From Tepidiformaceae bacterium (GTDB taxonomy: Bacteria > Chloroflexota > Dehalococcoidia > Tepidiformales > Tepidiformaceae): a stretch of DNA of 64,000 nt. The stretch covers positions 2,530,951 to 2,594,950 of the forward strand of contig OZ253575.1 in NCBI GenBank assembly GCA_965262975.1, in the 5' to 3' direction. Under the pieces are notes generated by a model, which was given only the letters and a program-made list of their open reading frames with translations, was not told where the DNA came from and made no database searches. Shown piece after piece: positions 1 through 9,639 of this stretch. The first letter of the stretch is position 1; each line of letters starts with the position of its first letter. The translations under genes were made by a program, and so were the position numbers.

Positions 1-1055
1 GAGACGTGGCGGAAACGGACGTGGCCCTGGGAATCCTCGACGGGCACGGCGCCTTCGCGCTCCTGCACGGCGGAGCGCGCATCGAGCACCTCGAAGACGC
101 GCTGGCCGGCGGCGATGGCGCGGGAGAAGGAGGTGATCATGAAGCCGAGCATGCGCACTGGCCCCTGCAGCAGCTGGAGGCTGAGGAGGAAGTAGAAGAG
201 CTCGCCCGCGTTGAGGCTTCCGTTGACGACGAAGACGGCGCCGACGCCGAGCGTGGCCGCCTGCTGGATGCCGGAGATGCCCTGGAGGAAGGGGGCGTGC
301 CGGGCCATCATCGTGGCCTGCGTGAGCTGCAGGTTGCGCTGCTGCTCAGCGGCGCGGGCGAACTTGAGCGCCTCCAGTGGCTCGCGGCTGAACGCCTTGA
401 CGACGCGGATACCGCCCAGACCCTCGTCCGCGACTTCCGTCATGCGCGCCTCGCTGGCCTGGATCTTCACCCAGAGCGGGCGCATCACGTGGTGCACGGC
501 CCAGGAGCGCCAGGCGATGAGGGGGAGGGTGATGCAACTGACAAGAGCCAGTTGCCAGTGGAAGTAGAACATGCCCCCCACGCCCGCGATGATCATGAGG
601 GTGATCATCATCAGACGGAGCGAGGCCATCGACATGAACATGCGGATGGCTTCGACATCCTGGGTGGCGCGGGACATGATCTGGCCCGTCTGCACCTTGT
701 CGTGGTAGGCGTAGCTGAGCCGCTGGACGGTGTCGTATATCTGGTTGCGGAGGTCGTAGGCGACGCGCTGGCCGAGGCTCTCGGAGATGAAGGTCTGGGC
801 GAAGGAGGAGATGCCCCGCGCCACGGCGAAGCCGATGACGAGCAGGGCGGCGAGGAGGAGCGTCCCGCGGTCGCCGTCGAAGCTGACGATGGAGTCGCCA
901 TCGTGCACGGGATCGAGGCCGACATCGACGGCGACCTGCACGAGGAAGGCGGAACCCATGCCGAAGGCAGCCGCCCCAACCATGGAGAGGAGGCCGATGG
1001 TAAGCATCTTCCAGTAGGGGACCGCGTAGCCGCCGAGGCGCGCGAGGATGCGCAA
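1..1055 (-). CDS. ABC exporter, fused transmembrane + ATP-binding type (MsbA/MdlB-like); 3' end lies beyond the window
   Basis: Absent from the ORF track because it has no stop in the window. My reverse-complement translation starts at TTG 1055, preceded by GAAGGAG. It reads LRILARLGGYAVPYWKMLTIGLL...QRVAYDLRNQIYDTVQRLSYAYHDKVQTGQIMSRATQDVEAIRMF...GIRVVKAFSREPLE...AGQRVFEVLDARSAVQEREGAVPVEDSQGHVRFRHV. This is a typical ABC exporter membrane domain running into the start of the NBD. The + strand ORF 6..1148 is its antisense shadow. Confidence 0.85.
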   Translation of the reverse strand, partial: MRILARLGGYAVPYWKMLTIGLLSMVGAAAFGMGSAFLVQVAVDVGLDPVHDGDSIVSFDGDRGTLLLAALLVIGFAVARGISSFAQTFISESLGQRVAYDLRNQIYDTVQRLSYAYHDKVQTGQIMSRATQDVEAIRMFMSMASLRLMMITLMIIAGVGGMFYFHWQLALVSCITLPLIAWRSWAVHHVMRPLWVKIQASEARMTEVADEGLGGIRVVKAFSREPLEALKFARAAEQQRNLQLTQATMMARHAPFLQGISGIQQAATLGVGAVFVVNGSLNAGELFYFLLSLQLLQGPVRMLGFMITSFSRAIAAGQRVFEVLDARSAVQEREGAVPVEDSQGHVRFRHV

Positions 1056-1144
1056 CGCTGGAACTCCTTCGAGGTTCTGAAGCTACCACACCCTCACGCG
1101 AAGGTGAAATTTGGCGGGCGAGAGGGCGCGTCTGAACGGGTTTG

Positions 1145-1171
1145 CTAGCACTCTCGGCGGGAGAGTGCTAA
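1145..1171 (+). promoter_or_regulatory. CIRCE operator (HrcA-binding inverted repeat) upstream of groES
   Basis: cTAGCACTC-tcggcggga-GAGTGCTAA matches 17/18 positions of the CIRCE consensus TTAGCACTC-N9-GAGTGCTAA. It ends 45 nt before the groES ATG. Confidence 0.9.
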
Positions 1172-1174
1172 TAT
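1166..1174 (+). promoter_or_regulatory. Possible extended -10 element (TGcTAATAT) of the groESL promoter, overlapping the right CIRCE arm
   Basis: TGnTAATAT-like sequence with no good -35 at 17 nt. Placement inside CIRCE would fit repression by occlusion. Confidence 0.35.
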
Positions 1175-1216
1175 CCTCGGCACGCTCAAATTCAAGAAAG
1201 CGTTTGGAGGAAATCC

Positions 1217-1531
1217 ATGCCCGCGAAGACCGCAACGAAGACCGAACTCGTGCCTCTGGCCGACCGCATCGTCGTGACCGCCCTGAAGCAGGATGAAGAG
1301 ACCGCCAGCGGCATCATCATTCCCGACACCGTGAAGGAGAAGCCGCAGCAGGGCGAGGTCATCGCCGTGGGTCCCGGCAAGCGCGACGACAGCGGCGCCC
1401 ATCAGACGATCGACCTTTCGGCCGGCGACCGCATCCTCTACGCCAAGTACGCCGGCACCGACATCAAGCTCGACGGCATCGACTACATCGTCCTGAACGA
1501 GAAGGACATCCTCTGCAAGCTGGTCTCCTAA
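1217..1531 (+). CDS. groES: Co-chaperonin GroES
   Basis: 104-aa ORF: [46 protein letters not shown]...[15 protein letters not shown]. This is the canonical Cpn10 pattern. GGAGG SD upstream, CIRCE upstream, groEL immediately downstream. Confidence 0.97.
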   Translation: MPAKTATKTELVPLADRIVVTALKQDEETASGIIIPDTVKEKPQQGEVIAVGPGKRDDSGAHQTIDLSAGDRILYAKYAGTDIKLDGIDYIVLNEKDILCKLVS

Positions 1532-1555
1532 GGGAGCGTACCGGAAGGACCCTGA

Positions 1556-3178
<1,623 letters not shown>

Positions 3179-3180
3179 AC

Positions 3181-3303
3181 ATGTTGGAACGGCTGCGCTC
3201 AGGCCCCTTGAAGTACATCGCCTTCCCCATCGTGATCCTTGGGGTCCTCTTTGTGGTGATCCGAAGGTTTGTGGGCGGAGGGGACGCCGAAGAGGAAGCC
3301 TAG
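3181..3303 (+). CDS. 40-codon single-TM micro-protein co-transcribed with groESL (hypothetical)
   Basis: Too short for the ORF track; hand translation gives MLERLRSGPLKYIAFPIVILGVLFVVIRRFVGGGDAEEEA. The ATG lies 2 nt after the groEL stop. A GGAGGAG SD at 3165-3171 sits 9 nt upstream, inside the last groEL codons. One hydrophobic helix is flanked by K/RR and followed by an acidic tail. The only terminator-like hairpin of the operon follows it. Confidence 0.5.
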   Translation: MLERLRSGPLKYIAFPIVILGVLFVVIRRFVGGGDAEEEA

Positions 3304-3332
3304 CAGCCTCTCCCGAGCGGCTCATTGACAGA

Positions 3333-3365
3333 GCGTGACCCCTCGCGGGGGTCGCGCTTTGTTTT
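3333..3365 (+). terminator. Rho-independent terminator of the groES-groEL-microORF unit
   Basis: GCGUGACCCC-ucgc(g)-GGGGUCGCGC stem followed by UUUGUUUU. Confidence 0.7.
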
Positions 3366-3511
3366 GGGCAGCCCCTTCGCTCGCAGGACGCCAACCCCTC
3401 CCCCGAGCGCGAGATCGGCGCGTCCGGCACGGGCCGAGGGGCGCCGCCAGCCAGCTCGAAATATCCCGGGTAGCCCAAGGGGGCTATCGGCGTACGATTC
3501 AGGGTGTGGGA

Positions 3512-5551
3512 ATGAGGCGGGCGCGAGGGCGTCGCTGGAGAAGGCGGGCCGGTGGCCGCCTGTGGCGCCGCCTCGGGCGCGTTACGACCCAGGATGTCGT
3601 GCGCGCACTCTGGCTGGGCACGCTCATTGGCGTGGTCACGGGCGTGGCCGCGATCCTCTTCTTCGAAGCCCTTGACCTCTCGACGCGCTACATCCTCACC
3701 GAGCTGACCGGCTATGCGCCCCCGCATCCCCAGGGCGAGGGCGGGGGTGCGCCCGCCGGTCCGACGCGCACCTGGGCGCTCCCCATCGTGGTGGGCGTGG
3801 GGGCGCTCGTCTCCGGCATCCTCGTGTACTCGCTGGCGCCAGAGGCGGAGGGGGCGGGCGCGGACCAGGTGATCGACGCCTTTCACAAGCGGGGCGGACG
3901 CATGCGATTGCGCGTCATCCCGGTGAAGCTGATCGCCTCCGCGATCACGATCGGAAGCGGCGGGGCAGCGGGCAGGGAGGGGCCGGCCGCGCAGATCTCG
4001 GGCGGCATCGGTTCGGTTATCGCCGACCGGTTAGGGCTGAGCGCCGTTGAGCGCCGGCGGGCGCTCGTGGCGGGCATGGGGGCGGGCGTGGGCGCCATCT
4101 TCCGCGCCCCCCTGGGCGGCGCGATGATGGCCGCCGAGGCCCTCTACCGCGATGACTTCGAGGCGGACGCGATCCTGCTCTCGCTGATCTCGTCGATCGT
4201 CGCCTTTGCCGTGTACGGCGCCTGGTACGACTACACGCCCATCTTCGGCGGCACTGCGGGCTTCTCCTTCACGCACCCGGAGGAGCTCCCCTACTACCTG
4301 GCCCTGGGGGTGGCCTGCGGGCTGCTCGGCATCTTCTACGCACGCGGCCTGGAGGGGGCGCAGAAGCTCTTCCGCCGGCTGACCGGTCCGCGCTGGGTGA
4401 AGCCCGCCATCGGGGGCGTGCTCGTTGGTTGCATCGCGATGTTCGCCCCCGAGGCGATCCACGTCGGGTACGGCTGGGTGCAGCGCGCCCTCACCCCCGA
4501 CGAGGTGATGGACTTCTCCCTCTGGCTTCTCATCGCGCTGCCGCTCCTGCGCATCGTGGCGGGGGTGCTCACGGTGGGGTCGGGGGCGGCGGGGGGCATC
4601 TTCGCCCCCGGGATGGTGGCGGGAGGGATGCTGGGGGCGCTCTTCTGGCGGCTCTTCCACGATCTGCCCGGCTTCCCCGCGGAACCCGCGCCGCTCGTGA
4701 TCATCGGCATGATCGCGCTCTTCGGCAGCATCGCCCATGCCCCCCTCGCGATGATGCTGATGGTGGGCGAGATGACCGGGAACCTCTCGCTGCTGGCGCC
4801 CGCCATGGTGGCGGTGGCGGTCGCGACCCTGCTCGTGGGCAATAAGACCATCTACCGCAGCCAGGTGGCCACTCGCGCCGACTCGATGGCGCACCGCCAC
4901 CGCTTCGCCTTCCCCCTGCTCGATGCCCTGCCGGCGGAACGGGCCGTCGTGTCGCTGGCCATGGTGCGCGACACGTTCACCGTGGCGGAGGCGCTCTCCG
5001 CCCTGGAGCGGCGGCAGAGCACGGACGGCGTCCTGATAGACGAGAACGGGAGGCTGGTGGGTGAAATCACCAGCGAGGACCTGCGCGCCGCCCCCGACGC
5101 GGGGGCGCCCGTTGCAGGACTTTCGAGCGATCTTCCCGCAGTTGTGCTCGCGGACACGCCTCTCGACGAGGCGCTCGACCGCCTCGCGAGCCACGACCGC
5201 CGCTGGCTGCCCGTGCTCGACGGCAGCGACGGTCCCGTGCTGGGCGCGATCGACGCGCGCGCGCTGGTGCGCTCCTACCGCCGCGCCGTGCAGCAGCAGG
5301 TGCGTCCGCTGACGCCGGTCGACGAGGAGATCAGCACGATGGAGCTGACCGTCGCCGCGGGCGCGCCGGTTGAGGGAAAGACGCTGGCGGAGGCGGGCCT
5401 GCCCCAGGGCGTCCGTGTGCTCACGATGGAGCACCTGGGGCGCCTGTCCGCGCCCGCGGGCGATACGGTGCTGCGTCGCGGCGACCGCCTGACGCTGGTG
5501 ATGACGCGCGGCACACGCTCCGAGGTGCTCTCCCTCGTCCTCGGCGACTGA
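3512..5551 (+). CDS. ClC-family chloride/proton channel with C-terminal CBS pair and TrkA-C (RCK_C) domain
   Basis: ORF 3335..5551. I prefer ATG 3512 (MRRARGRRW...) just before the first TM segment. ClC motifs: GSGGAAGREGP, GIFAPGMVAGGMLG, PLAMMLMVGEMTG. CBS-like region: VSLAMVRDTFTV...DGVLIDENGRLVGEIT. TrkA-C-like end: GKTLAEAGLPQGVRVLTMEH...GDRLTLVM. Confidence 0.88.
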   Translation: MRRARGRRWRRRAGGRLWRRLGRVTTQDVVRALWLGTLIGVVTGVAAILFFEALDLSTRYILTELTGYAPPHPQGEGGGAPAGPTRTWALPIVVGVGALVSGILVYSLAPEAEGAGADQVIDAFHKRGGRMRLRVIPVKLIASAITIGSGGAAGREGPAAQISGGIGSVIADRLGLSAVERRRALVAGMGAGVGAIFRAPLGGAMMAAEALYRDDFEADAILLSLISSIVAFAVYGAWYDYTPIFGGTAGFSFTHPEELPYYLALGVACGLLGIFYARGLEGAQKLFRRLTGPRWVKPAIGGVLVGCIAMFAPEAIHVGYGWVQRALTPDEVMDFSLWLLIALPLLRIVAGVLTVGSGAAGGIFAPGMVAGGMLGALFWRLFHDLPGFPAEPAPLVIIGMIALFGSIAHAPLAMMLMVGEMTGNLSLLAPAMVAVAVATLLVGNKTIYRSQVATRADSMAHRHRFAFPLLDALPAERAVVSLAMVRDTFTVAEALSALERRQSTDGVLIDENGRLVGEITSEDLRAAPDAGAPVAGLSSDLPAVVLADTPLDEALDRLASHDRRWLPVLDGSDGPVLGAIDARALVRSYRRAVQQQVRPLTPVDEEISTMELTVAAGAPVEGKTLAEAGLPQGVRVLTMEHLGRLSAPAGDTVLRRGDRLTLVMTRGTRSEVLSLVLGD

Positions 5552-5567
5552 GGCGGCGACTGAGGCG

Positions 5568-5933
5568 CTAGCCCAGGGCGAATCGCAGGACGACGGCGAC
5601 CAGCGCCACGAGCAGGACGCCTCCCGCGACGGTGACGAAGGCGCTTCGCGAGCGCGCTCGCTCCTCCTCGGCGCTGCGGTAGGCGACGAGCGCTCGTTCG
5701 CCGCCAAGCTCGGCGATGACGCTGCGCGCCTCGGCGATGTGCGCGCGGGGCACGAGCACGGCGTAGGAGATACCGAAGAGGCTCGCCCCGCCGAGGGCGC
5801 CGCCGGGGCCGCGCTCGATGAAGGCGGCGTCGATCTCCTCGTCGTGGAGGGCGTCGATCCAGATGCGCGCCTGGGCGATATCGCTCGCCTCGGCGACGAT
5901 GGTGGCGCCGTCCTCTTCCATCCCGGAGGTCAT
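5568..5933 (-). CDS. Small membrane-anchored protein, DUF2007-like (putative signal-transducing fold)
   Basis: Only the last 121 aa of ORF 5568..6428 look protein-like: MTSGMEEDGATIVAEASDIAQARIWIDALHDEEIDAAFIERGPGG...VLVPRAHIAEARSVIAEL...VTVAGGVLLVALVAVVLRFALG. ATG at 5933 verified. The upstream part is Ser/Arg-rich out-of-frame sequence. Confidence 0.5.
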   Translation of the reverse strand: MTSGMEEDGATIVAEASDIAQARIWIDALHDEEIDAAFIERGPGGALGGASLFGISYAVLVPRAHIAEARSVIAELGGERALVAYRSAEEERARSRSAFVTVAGGVLLVALVAVVLRFALG

Positions 5934-5985
5934 CTGCGCGGCAGTGTAGTCCCCGCAGCGGCTGGGTTCGCTACAGTTGGGGGCG

Positions 5986-6507
5986 ATGCCGAAGCGGGAC
6001 GGTTCTCTGAAGGCGCGCGAGTTCACGTTCTTCTGCGAGGACCAGATCCTGACGCAGCTCCCGCCCACCATCCCCCAGCCCGAGCGTCGCGTGCGCTGGA
6101 CGATGCTGCAGATGCACTTCGGCGACGAGCACGTCCACTTCGAGCTGCAGCCGCAGATGGGGCGGGGCGTGGTGGAGGCGGGGCTGCACTTCGAGGGGCC
6201 GGTCGAGGCGAACGATGCCTGGGTGGAGCTGCTCGCGGCGAACGCGGCCGACCTGCTGGGCGAGCTGGGCCCCCTGTGGGAGCTGGAGGAGTGGACCTCC
6301 ACCTGGCGGCGTCTGCACCGCCCCTTCCGCTTCGAGCGCCTCACGGTCGAGCTCGCGCACGAGGTCGCGGGCGAGGTCGCCCACGCCATGACGGTGCTCC
6401 ACCCGATCATCGAGAAGGGCGCGGCCACGCTCGCCCCGACGCCCGCCCCTGCACGCCGCGCGGCGGCCGGGGGCGGGCGTCGCTGGCACCGCCGCGCGAG
6501 GCGCTAG
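5986..6507 (+). CDS. Hypothetical protein
   Basis: ORF 5977..6507 with an ATG at 5986. Balanced composition (FTFFCEDQILTQLPP...HFELQPQMGRGVVEAGLHFEGPVEANDAWVELL...). The overlapping minus-strand ORF 5971..7107 is Pro/Arg/Ser junk. No family recognised. Confidence 0.55.
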   Translation: MPKRDGSLKAREFTFFCEDQILTQLPPTIPQPERRVRWTMLQMHFGDEHVHFELQPQMGRGVVEAGLHFEGPVEANDAWVELLAANAADLLGELGPLWELEEWTSTWRRLHRPFRFERLTVELAHEVAGEVAHAMTVLHPIIEKGAATLAPTPAPARRAAAGGGRRWHRRARR

Positions 6508-6514
6508 GCGGGGC

Positions 6515-6937
6515 TCAGGCGAAGGTCGTGTCCATCTCGGCGGACATGTCGAAGTATTCCTGGAAGGTCTGGTTGAAGCGGTAGAAGAGGTCGCGGCGGT
6601 GGTAGTCCTCGCCGGTGGCGAAGCCGTCGTTGCTCTGCAGGTCGAGCGAATTGAGGGTGAAGAGCGCGTCCGCCTGACCGTTCGCCTTGATGTTCTCGAG
6701 CATGGCGCGCCAGGCCTCGGGGGACTGCAGCAGGATGAAGTCGAGGTCGCCGGGGGCGTCGCAGGGCGCCTCGGCGACGTTGGTGATGGAGAAGGCGTCG
6801 AACGTAATGGCGAAACAGCGGTCGCCAACGCGGACGCCGACTTCGGCATCGCAGTTGCCAAGGCGGTCGAAGCTGTCGGAGGCGTTGAGGCGGTCGGCGG
6901 CCTCCTGGAACCACTCGGTGGAGGGGAAAGCAGGCAT
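6515..6937 (-). CDS. Hypothetical protein, possibly SCP2-like fold
   Basis: Last 140 aa of ORF 6515..7255: MPAFPSTEWFQEAADRLNASDSFDRLGNCDAEVGVRVGDRCFAITFDAF...FILLQSPEAWRAMLENIKANGQADALFTLNSLDLQSNDG. ATG at 6937 verified. The family assignment is tentative. Confidence 0.5.
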   Translation of the reverse strand: MPAFPSTEWFQEAADRLNASDSFDRLGNCDAEVGVRVGDRCFAITFDAFSITNVAEAPCDAPGDLDFILLQSPEAWRAMLENIKANGQADALFTLNSLDLQSNDGFATGEDYHRRDLFYRFNQTFQEYFDMSAEMDTTFA

Positions 6938-7032
6938 GGAGGCAGTGTACCGGAGGAGAGCGCTCCAACGGACTGCTGCGCTCGACTGCTGCGCGCTCGC
7001 GACGCCCGCCTGAGTGGTGCGTTTGAGCGGGT

Positions 7033-7062
7033 GGGGTAATTCGGTAAGGGGGTCGCTAGAGT
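7033..7062 (+). promoter_or_regulatory. Conserved promoter-like box GGGGTAATTC-N14-TAGAGT (copy 1 of 5)
   Basis: GGGGTAATTC ggtaagggggtcgc TAGAGT, then 6 nt (gaggcc) to ATG 7069. Same architecture as sites 17484, 19622, 22052 and 24462. Confidence 0.55.
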
Positions 7063-7068
7063 GAGGCC

Positions 7069-7092
7069 ATGGGGCGAGCATGCGGGCGGTGA
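7069..7092 (+). CDS. Candidate leaderless 7-codon uORF (MGRACGR*) coupled to the downstream gene
   Basis: ATG is 6 nt after TAGAGT. Reading: ATG GGG CGA GCA TGC GGG CGG TGA. The TGA overlaps GTG 7089 as GTGA, in frame with the DUF4177-like ORF. Confidence 0.35.
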   Translation: MGRACGR

Positions 7093-7403
7093 AGTGGGAG
7101 TACGCACTGCTGTACATCTCCGACGAGAAGCCGGCCCGGCGCTGGATTCTGTTCAGCCACGAGCAGGACGCGGCCAGCCTGGAGCGGTACTCCCCCCGCG
7201 CGACGGCCCACACCGCAACCTCCATCCACTTCAATCCGGAGAGGGTGCACACCACCTGGGTACTTGGGTCGCTGGGGGCTGAGGGCTGGGAGATGGTCGG
7301 CGTCGCCCGTGTCGACTCGCTGGAGGCGGCGTGCCTCTACCTGAAGCGGGAGCTGGACGACGACGGCAGGCAGGTGGCCGTCGTGCTGCCGCCGCGGGCC
7401 TGA
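7089..7403 (+). CDS. DUF4177-like small protein
   Basis: ORF track gives 7080..7403 (MRAVKWEY...). GTG 7089 gives MKWEYALLYISDE..., the usual DUF4177 N-terminus, and overlaps the uORF stop as GTGA. ATG 7080 remains possible. The LGAEGWEMVGV motif is typical of the family. Confidence 0.55.
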   Translation: MKWEYALLYISDEKPARRWILFSHEQDAASLERYSPRATAHTATSIHFNPERVHTTWVLGSLGAEGWEMVGVARVDSLEAACLYLKRELDDDGRQVAVVLPPRA

Positions 7404-7410
7404 GCGAAGG

Positions 7411-7785
7411 CTACCGGTTGGCGCCTTCCCCTGCCGCCACGGGCTGGGAGAGGTAGGACGTGAGGGCCGTGGCGATCAGGTAGTTGAGGGAGACACCTTC
7501 GATCTTGGCGCGCAGGGCCGCGCTGGCATGGAGCGACCGGGGTAGGCGCAGGCGGATGTCGCCCGAACGGTCGGAGCCCCAGGGCTTGGGGATGGGGTGG
7601 TCCTCGGCGAGTTCGTGGTCGATCCAGAGGCCCATCGCGACGTTCAGGTTCTCGGCCGCCTCAGCGGCGGTCTCCCCCTCACTGAACACACCGTCAAGCT
7701 CCAGCACGTGGGCCGACCAGTAACCGCTCTTGTCCGGCTGGATGATGCGGTGGTAGGGAAGCTCAAGGTAGTCAGTCGTCTGCAT
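7411..7785 (-). CDS. hicB: HicB-family antitoxin (N-terminal HicB fold + C-terminal RHH/Arc-like), no HicA partner adjacent
   Basis: 124 aa: LPYHRIIQPDKSGYWSAHVLELDGVFSEGETAAEAAENLNVAMGLWIDHELAEDHPIPKP...IRLRLPRSLHASAALRAKIEGVSLNYLIATALTSYL. It lies 35 nt downstream of the ABC ATPase gene. Confidence 0.8.
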   Translation of the reverse strand: MQTTDYLELPYHRIIQPDKSGYWSAHVLELDGVFSEGETAAEAAENLNVAMGLWIDHELAEDHPIPKPWGSDRSGDIRLRLPRSLHASAALRAKIEGVSLNYLIATALTSYLSQPVAAGEGANR

Positions 7786-7820
7786 ATCAGTGACACCGTA
7801 TGCGGTGCCAGCGAGTCGGG

Positions 7821-8714
7821 CTACTCCGGCCTCGACCAGCGGCCTTCGGGGATGTCCTCGGATGGTTCCGGCTCCTCCGGGGGTGGGGGCTCCTCGGATT
7901 CGGCGGGACGGACGCCGAAGTGGCTGGTGTCGGCGCCGATGAGGGAGGGGAGCGACTGGCTCTCCGGGCTCTCGCCCTCGGGCGCTTCGAAGGGAGTGCG
8001 TTCGCGCGACTGCACCCGGCCCCAGACGTCGCCCTTGTGGCCCGTCACGAGGCGGCCGTCCTCCAACTCCTCCACGCGGCTGGCCATCTCCATCACGAGG
8101 CGATCGTGCGTGCAGGTGATGATGGAGACGCCGCGCTCGCGGCAGATGTCGCGGATAAGGGTGAAGACGGCCGTGGCGGTGGCCGAGTCGAGCTCGCCCG
8201 TGGGCTCGTCGGCGAGCACGAGCGTGGGCTCGGTGACGAGCGCGCGGGCGATGGCGACGCGCTGCTGCTCCCCGCCGGAGAGTTCGTAGGGGCGGTGGTG
8301 GGCGCGACGCTCGAGCCCGACCAGCTCCAGCACCTCGCGGGCGCGGGCCGGTCGCGCGCGGTGTACGCCCGAGATGCGCAGGGGCAGCTCCACGTTCTCC
8401 TGGGCGGAGAGCAGGGGGAGGAGCCCGAACGACTGGAAGATGAAGCCCAGCTTCTGGCGGCGAAGGGTGATCAGCTCGGACTCGCGCATCGTGTCGACGC
8501 GCTCGCCGTCGATCTCGACCTCGCCGGAGGTGGGGCGGTCAAGCCCGGCGATAGTGTTCAGCAGGGTGGTCTTGCCCGAGCCGGAGCGCCCGATGAGGGC
8601 GAGGAACTCGCCCGGCTCGACGGAGAGGCTGACATCGCGCACGGCCCAGATCTCTTCCGAGCCGAGTTGGAAGCGGCGGGTGACGTTGCGCAGCTCGATG
8701 CGGGCGCCGGCCAT
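7821..8714 (-). CDS. ABC transporter ATP-binding protein (MacB/LolD-type NBD) with acidic Pro-rich C-terminal tail
   Basis: Walker A GRSGSGKTT, Q-loop, signature [15 protein letters not shown], Walker [14 protein letters not shown]-loop TCTHD. The ~80-aa tail reads ...ESPESQSLPSLIG...ESEEPPPPEEPEPSEDIPEG. The ATG overlaps the upstream gene's stop (ATGA). Confidence 0.93.
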   Translation of the reverse strand: MAGARIELRNVTRRFQLGSEEIWAVRDVSLSVEPGEFLALIGRSGSGKTTLLNTIAGLDRPTSGEVEIDGERVDTMRESELITLRRQKLGFIFQSFGLLPLLSAQENVELPLRISGVHRARPARAREVLELVGLERRAHHRPYELSGGEQQRVAIARALVTEPTLVLADEPTGELDSATATAVFTLIRDICRERGVSIITCTHDRLVMEMASRVEELEDGRLVTGHKGDVWGRVQSRERTPFEAPEGESPESQSLPSLIGADTSHFGVRPAESEEPPPPEEPEPSEDIPEGRWSRPE

Positions 8715-9631
8715 CAGCGTTCCTCCCCGGATACGCGGCGGACGGTGTCGGGCAGCACCTCGATGCGCCCTTCGCCAAGGAAGAGCTTGGCCCGCTCGCT
8801 GATGCTCAGCCGTTCGAGGAACTCGCGCGGCACCTGCAGGCGTCCGGCGGAATCGACGAGCACGTACTCGTCGTGCACGACCTGCGTGACGCCGCCTGCC
8901 TGCTCGACGCGGCGGAAGATCTCCATGCTCGTGCGACCGTCGCGGATGGCGACGACGCGGTTCACGCGGGAGGCGATCTCGGGGTCGTGGGTCACGATGA
9001 TGATGGTGACGCCGTAGCGCGCGTTCAGGTCGCCGAGCACCTCGTAGACGCTGTCGGCGCCGATGGCGTCGAGCTCGCCCGTGGGCTCGTCGGCGAGGAG
9101 GAGGGGCGGGCGGTTGGCGAGCGCCACGGCGATGGAGACGCGCTGCTGCTCGCCGCCCGAGAGTTGCTCGGGGTGGTGGTCGCGGCGATTGCCGAGGCTC
9201 ACGGCGTCGAGCAGCTCGTTGGAGCGCTCGCGCGCGGCGCCTGCCTCCACGCCATCAAGCATGAGCGGCAGCTCAACGTTCTGGGTGGCCGTGAGGTAGG
9301 GGATGAGGTTGCGGCCCGTCTGCTGCCAGATGAAGCCGACGGAGCTGCGGCGGTAGCGAACCATCTCGCCCTCGGTCATGGTCAACAGGTCGCGCCCGCC
9401 AACGAAGGCGCGTCCGGCGCTGGGCTGGTCGAGCCCGGCGAGGATGTTGAGCAGGGTGCTCTTGCCCGAGCCGGAGGCCCCGACGATGGCCATCAACTCG
9501 CCCGCGCGCACCTTCAGGTCGAGCCCGCGGAGGGCGACGACCTCGAGCTCGTCGCTCTTGTGAATCTTGAAGAGATCCTCGCAGACGATGTACGGGGGCG
9601 CTCCGGTCTCGGTGTTGGGGAAGGTTGTCAT
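8714..9631 (-). CDS. ABC transporter ATP-binding protein with AbrB/SpoVT-like C-terminal extension
   Basis: Only the last 305 aa of ORF 8714..11428 are real; ATG at 9631 verified. Sequence: [24 protein letters not shown]...[12 protein letters not shown]...[15 protein letters not shown]...[12 protein letters not shown]...IVTHD. The tail ...[38 protein letters not shown] resembles a swapped-hairpin AbrB-type motif (inference). Confidence 0.92.
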   Translation of the reverse strand: MTTFPNTETGAPPYIVCEDLFKIHKSDELEVVALRGLDLKVRAGELMAIVGASGSGKSTLLNILAGLDQPSAGRAFVGGRDLLTMTEGEMVRYRRSSVGFIWQQTGRNLIPYLTATQNVELPLMLDGVEAGAARERSNELLDAVSLGNRRDHHPEQLSGGEQQRVSIAVALANRPPLLLADEPTGELDAIGADSVYEVLGDLNARYGVTIIIVTHDPEIASRVNRVVAIRDGRTSMEIFRRVEQAGGVTQVVHDEYVLVDSAGRLQVPREFLERLSISERAKLFLGEGRIEVLPDTVRRVSGEER

Positions 9632-9639
9632 GGGGTGTC

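Noticed and set aside
6-1148. 380-aa + strand ORF covering the window start
   Set aside because: Asp/Glu/Gly/His/Arg-rich with no domain pattern. It lies exactly antisense to a clean ABC-exporter membrane domain on the minus strand. This is a typical high-GC shadow ORF.
7786-7820. Hidden hicA toxin next to hicB
   Set aside because: The gap to the upstream ABC gene is 35 nt, and downstream hicB abuts the convergent DUF4177-like gene. No frame of HicA size (~60 aa) is available.
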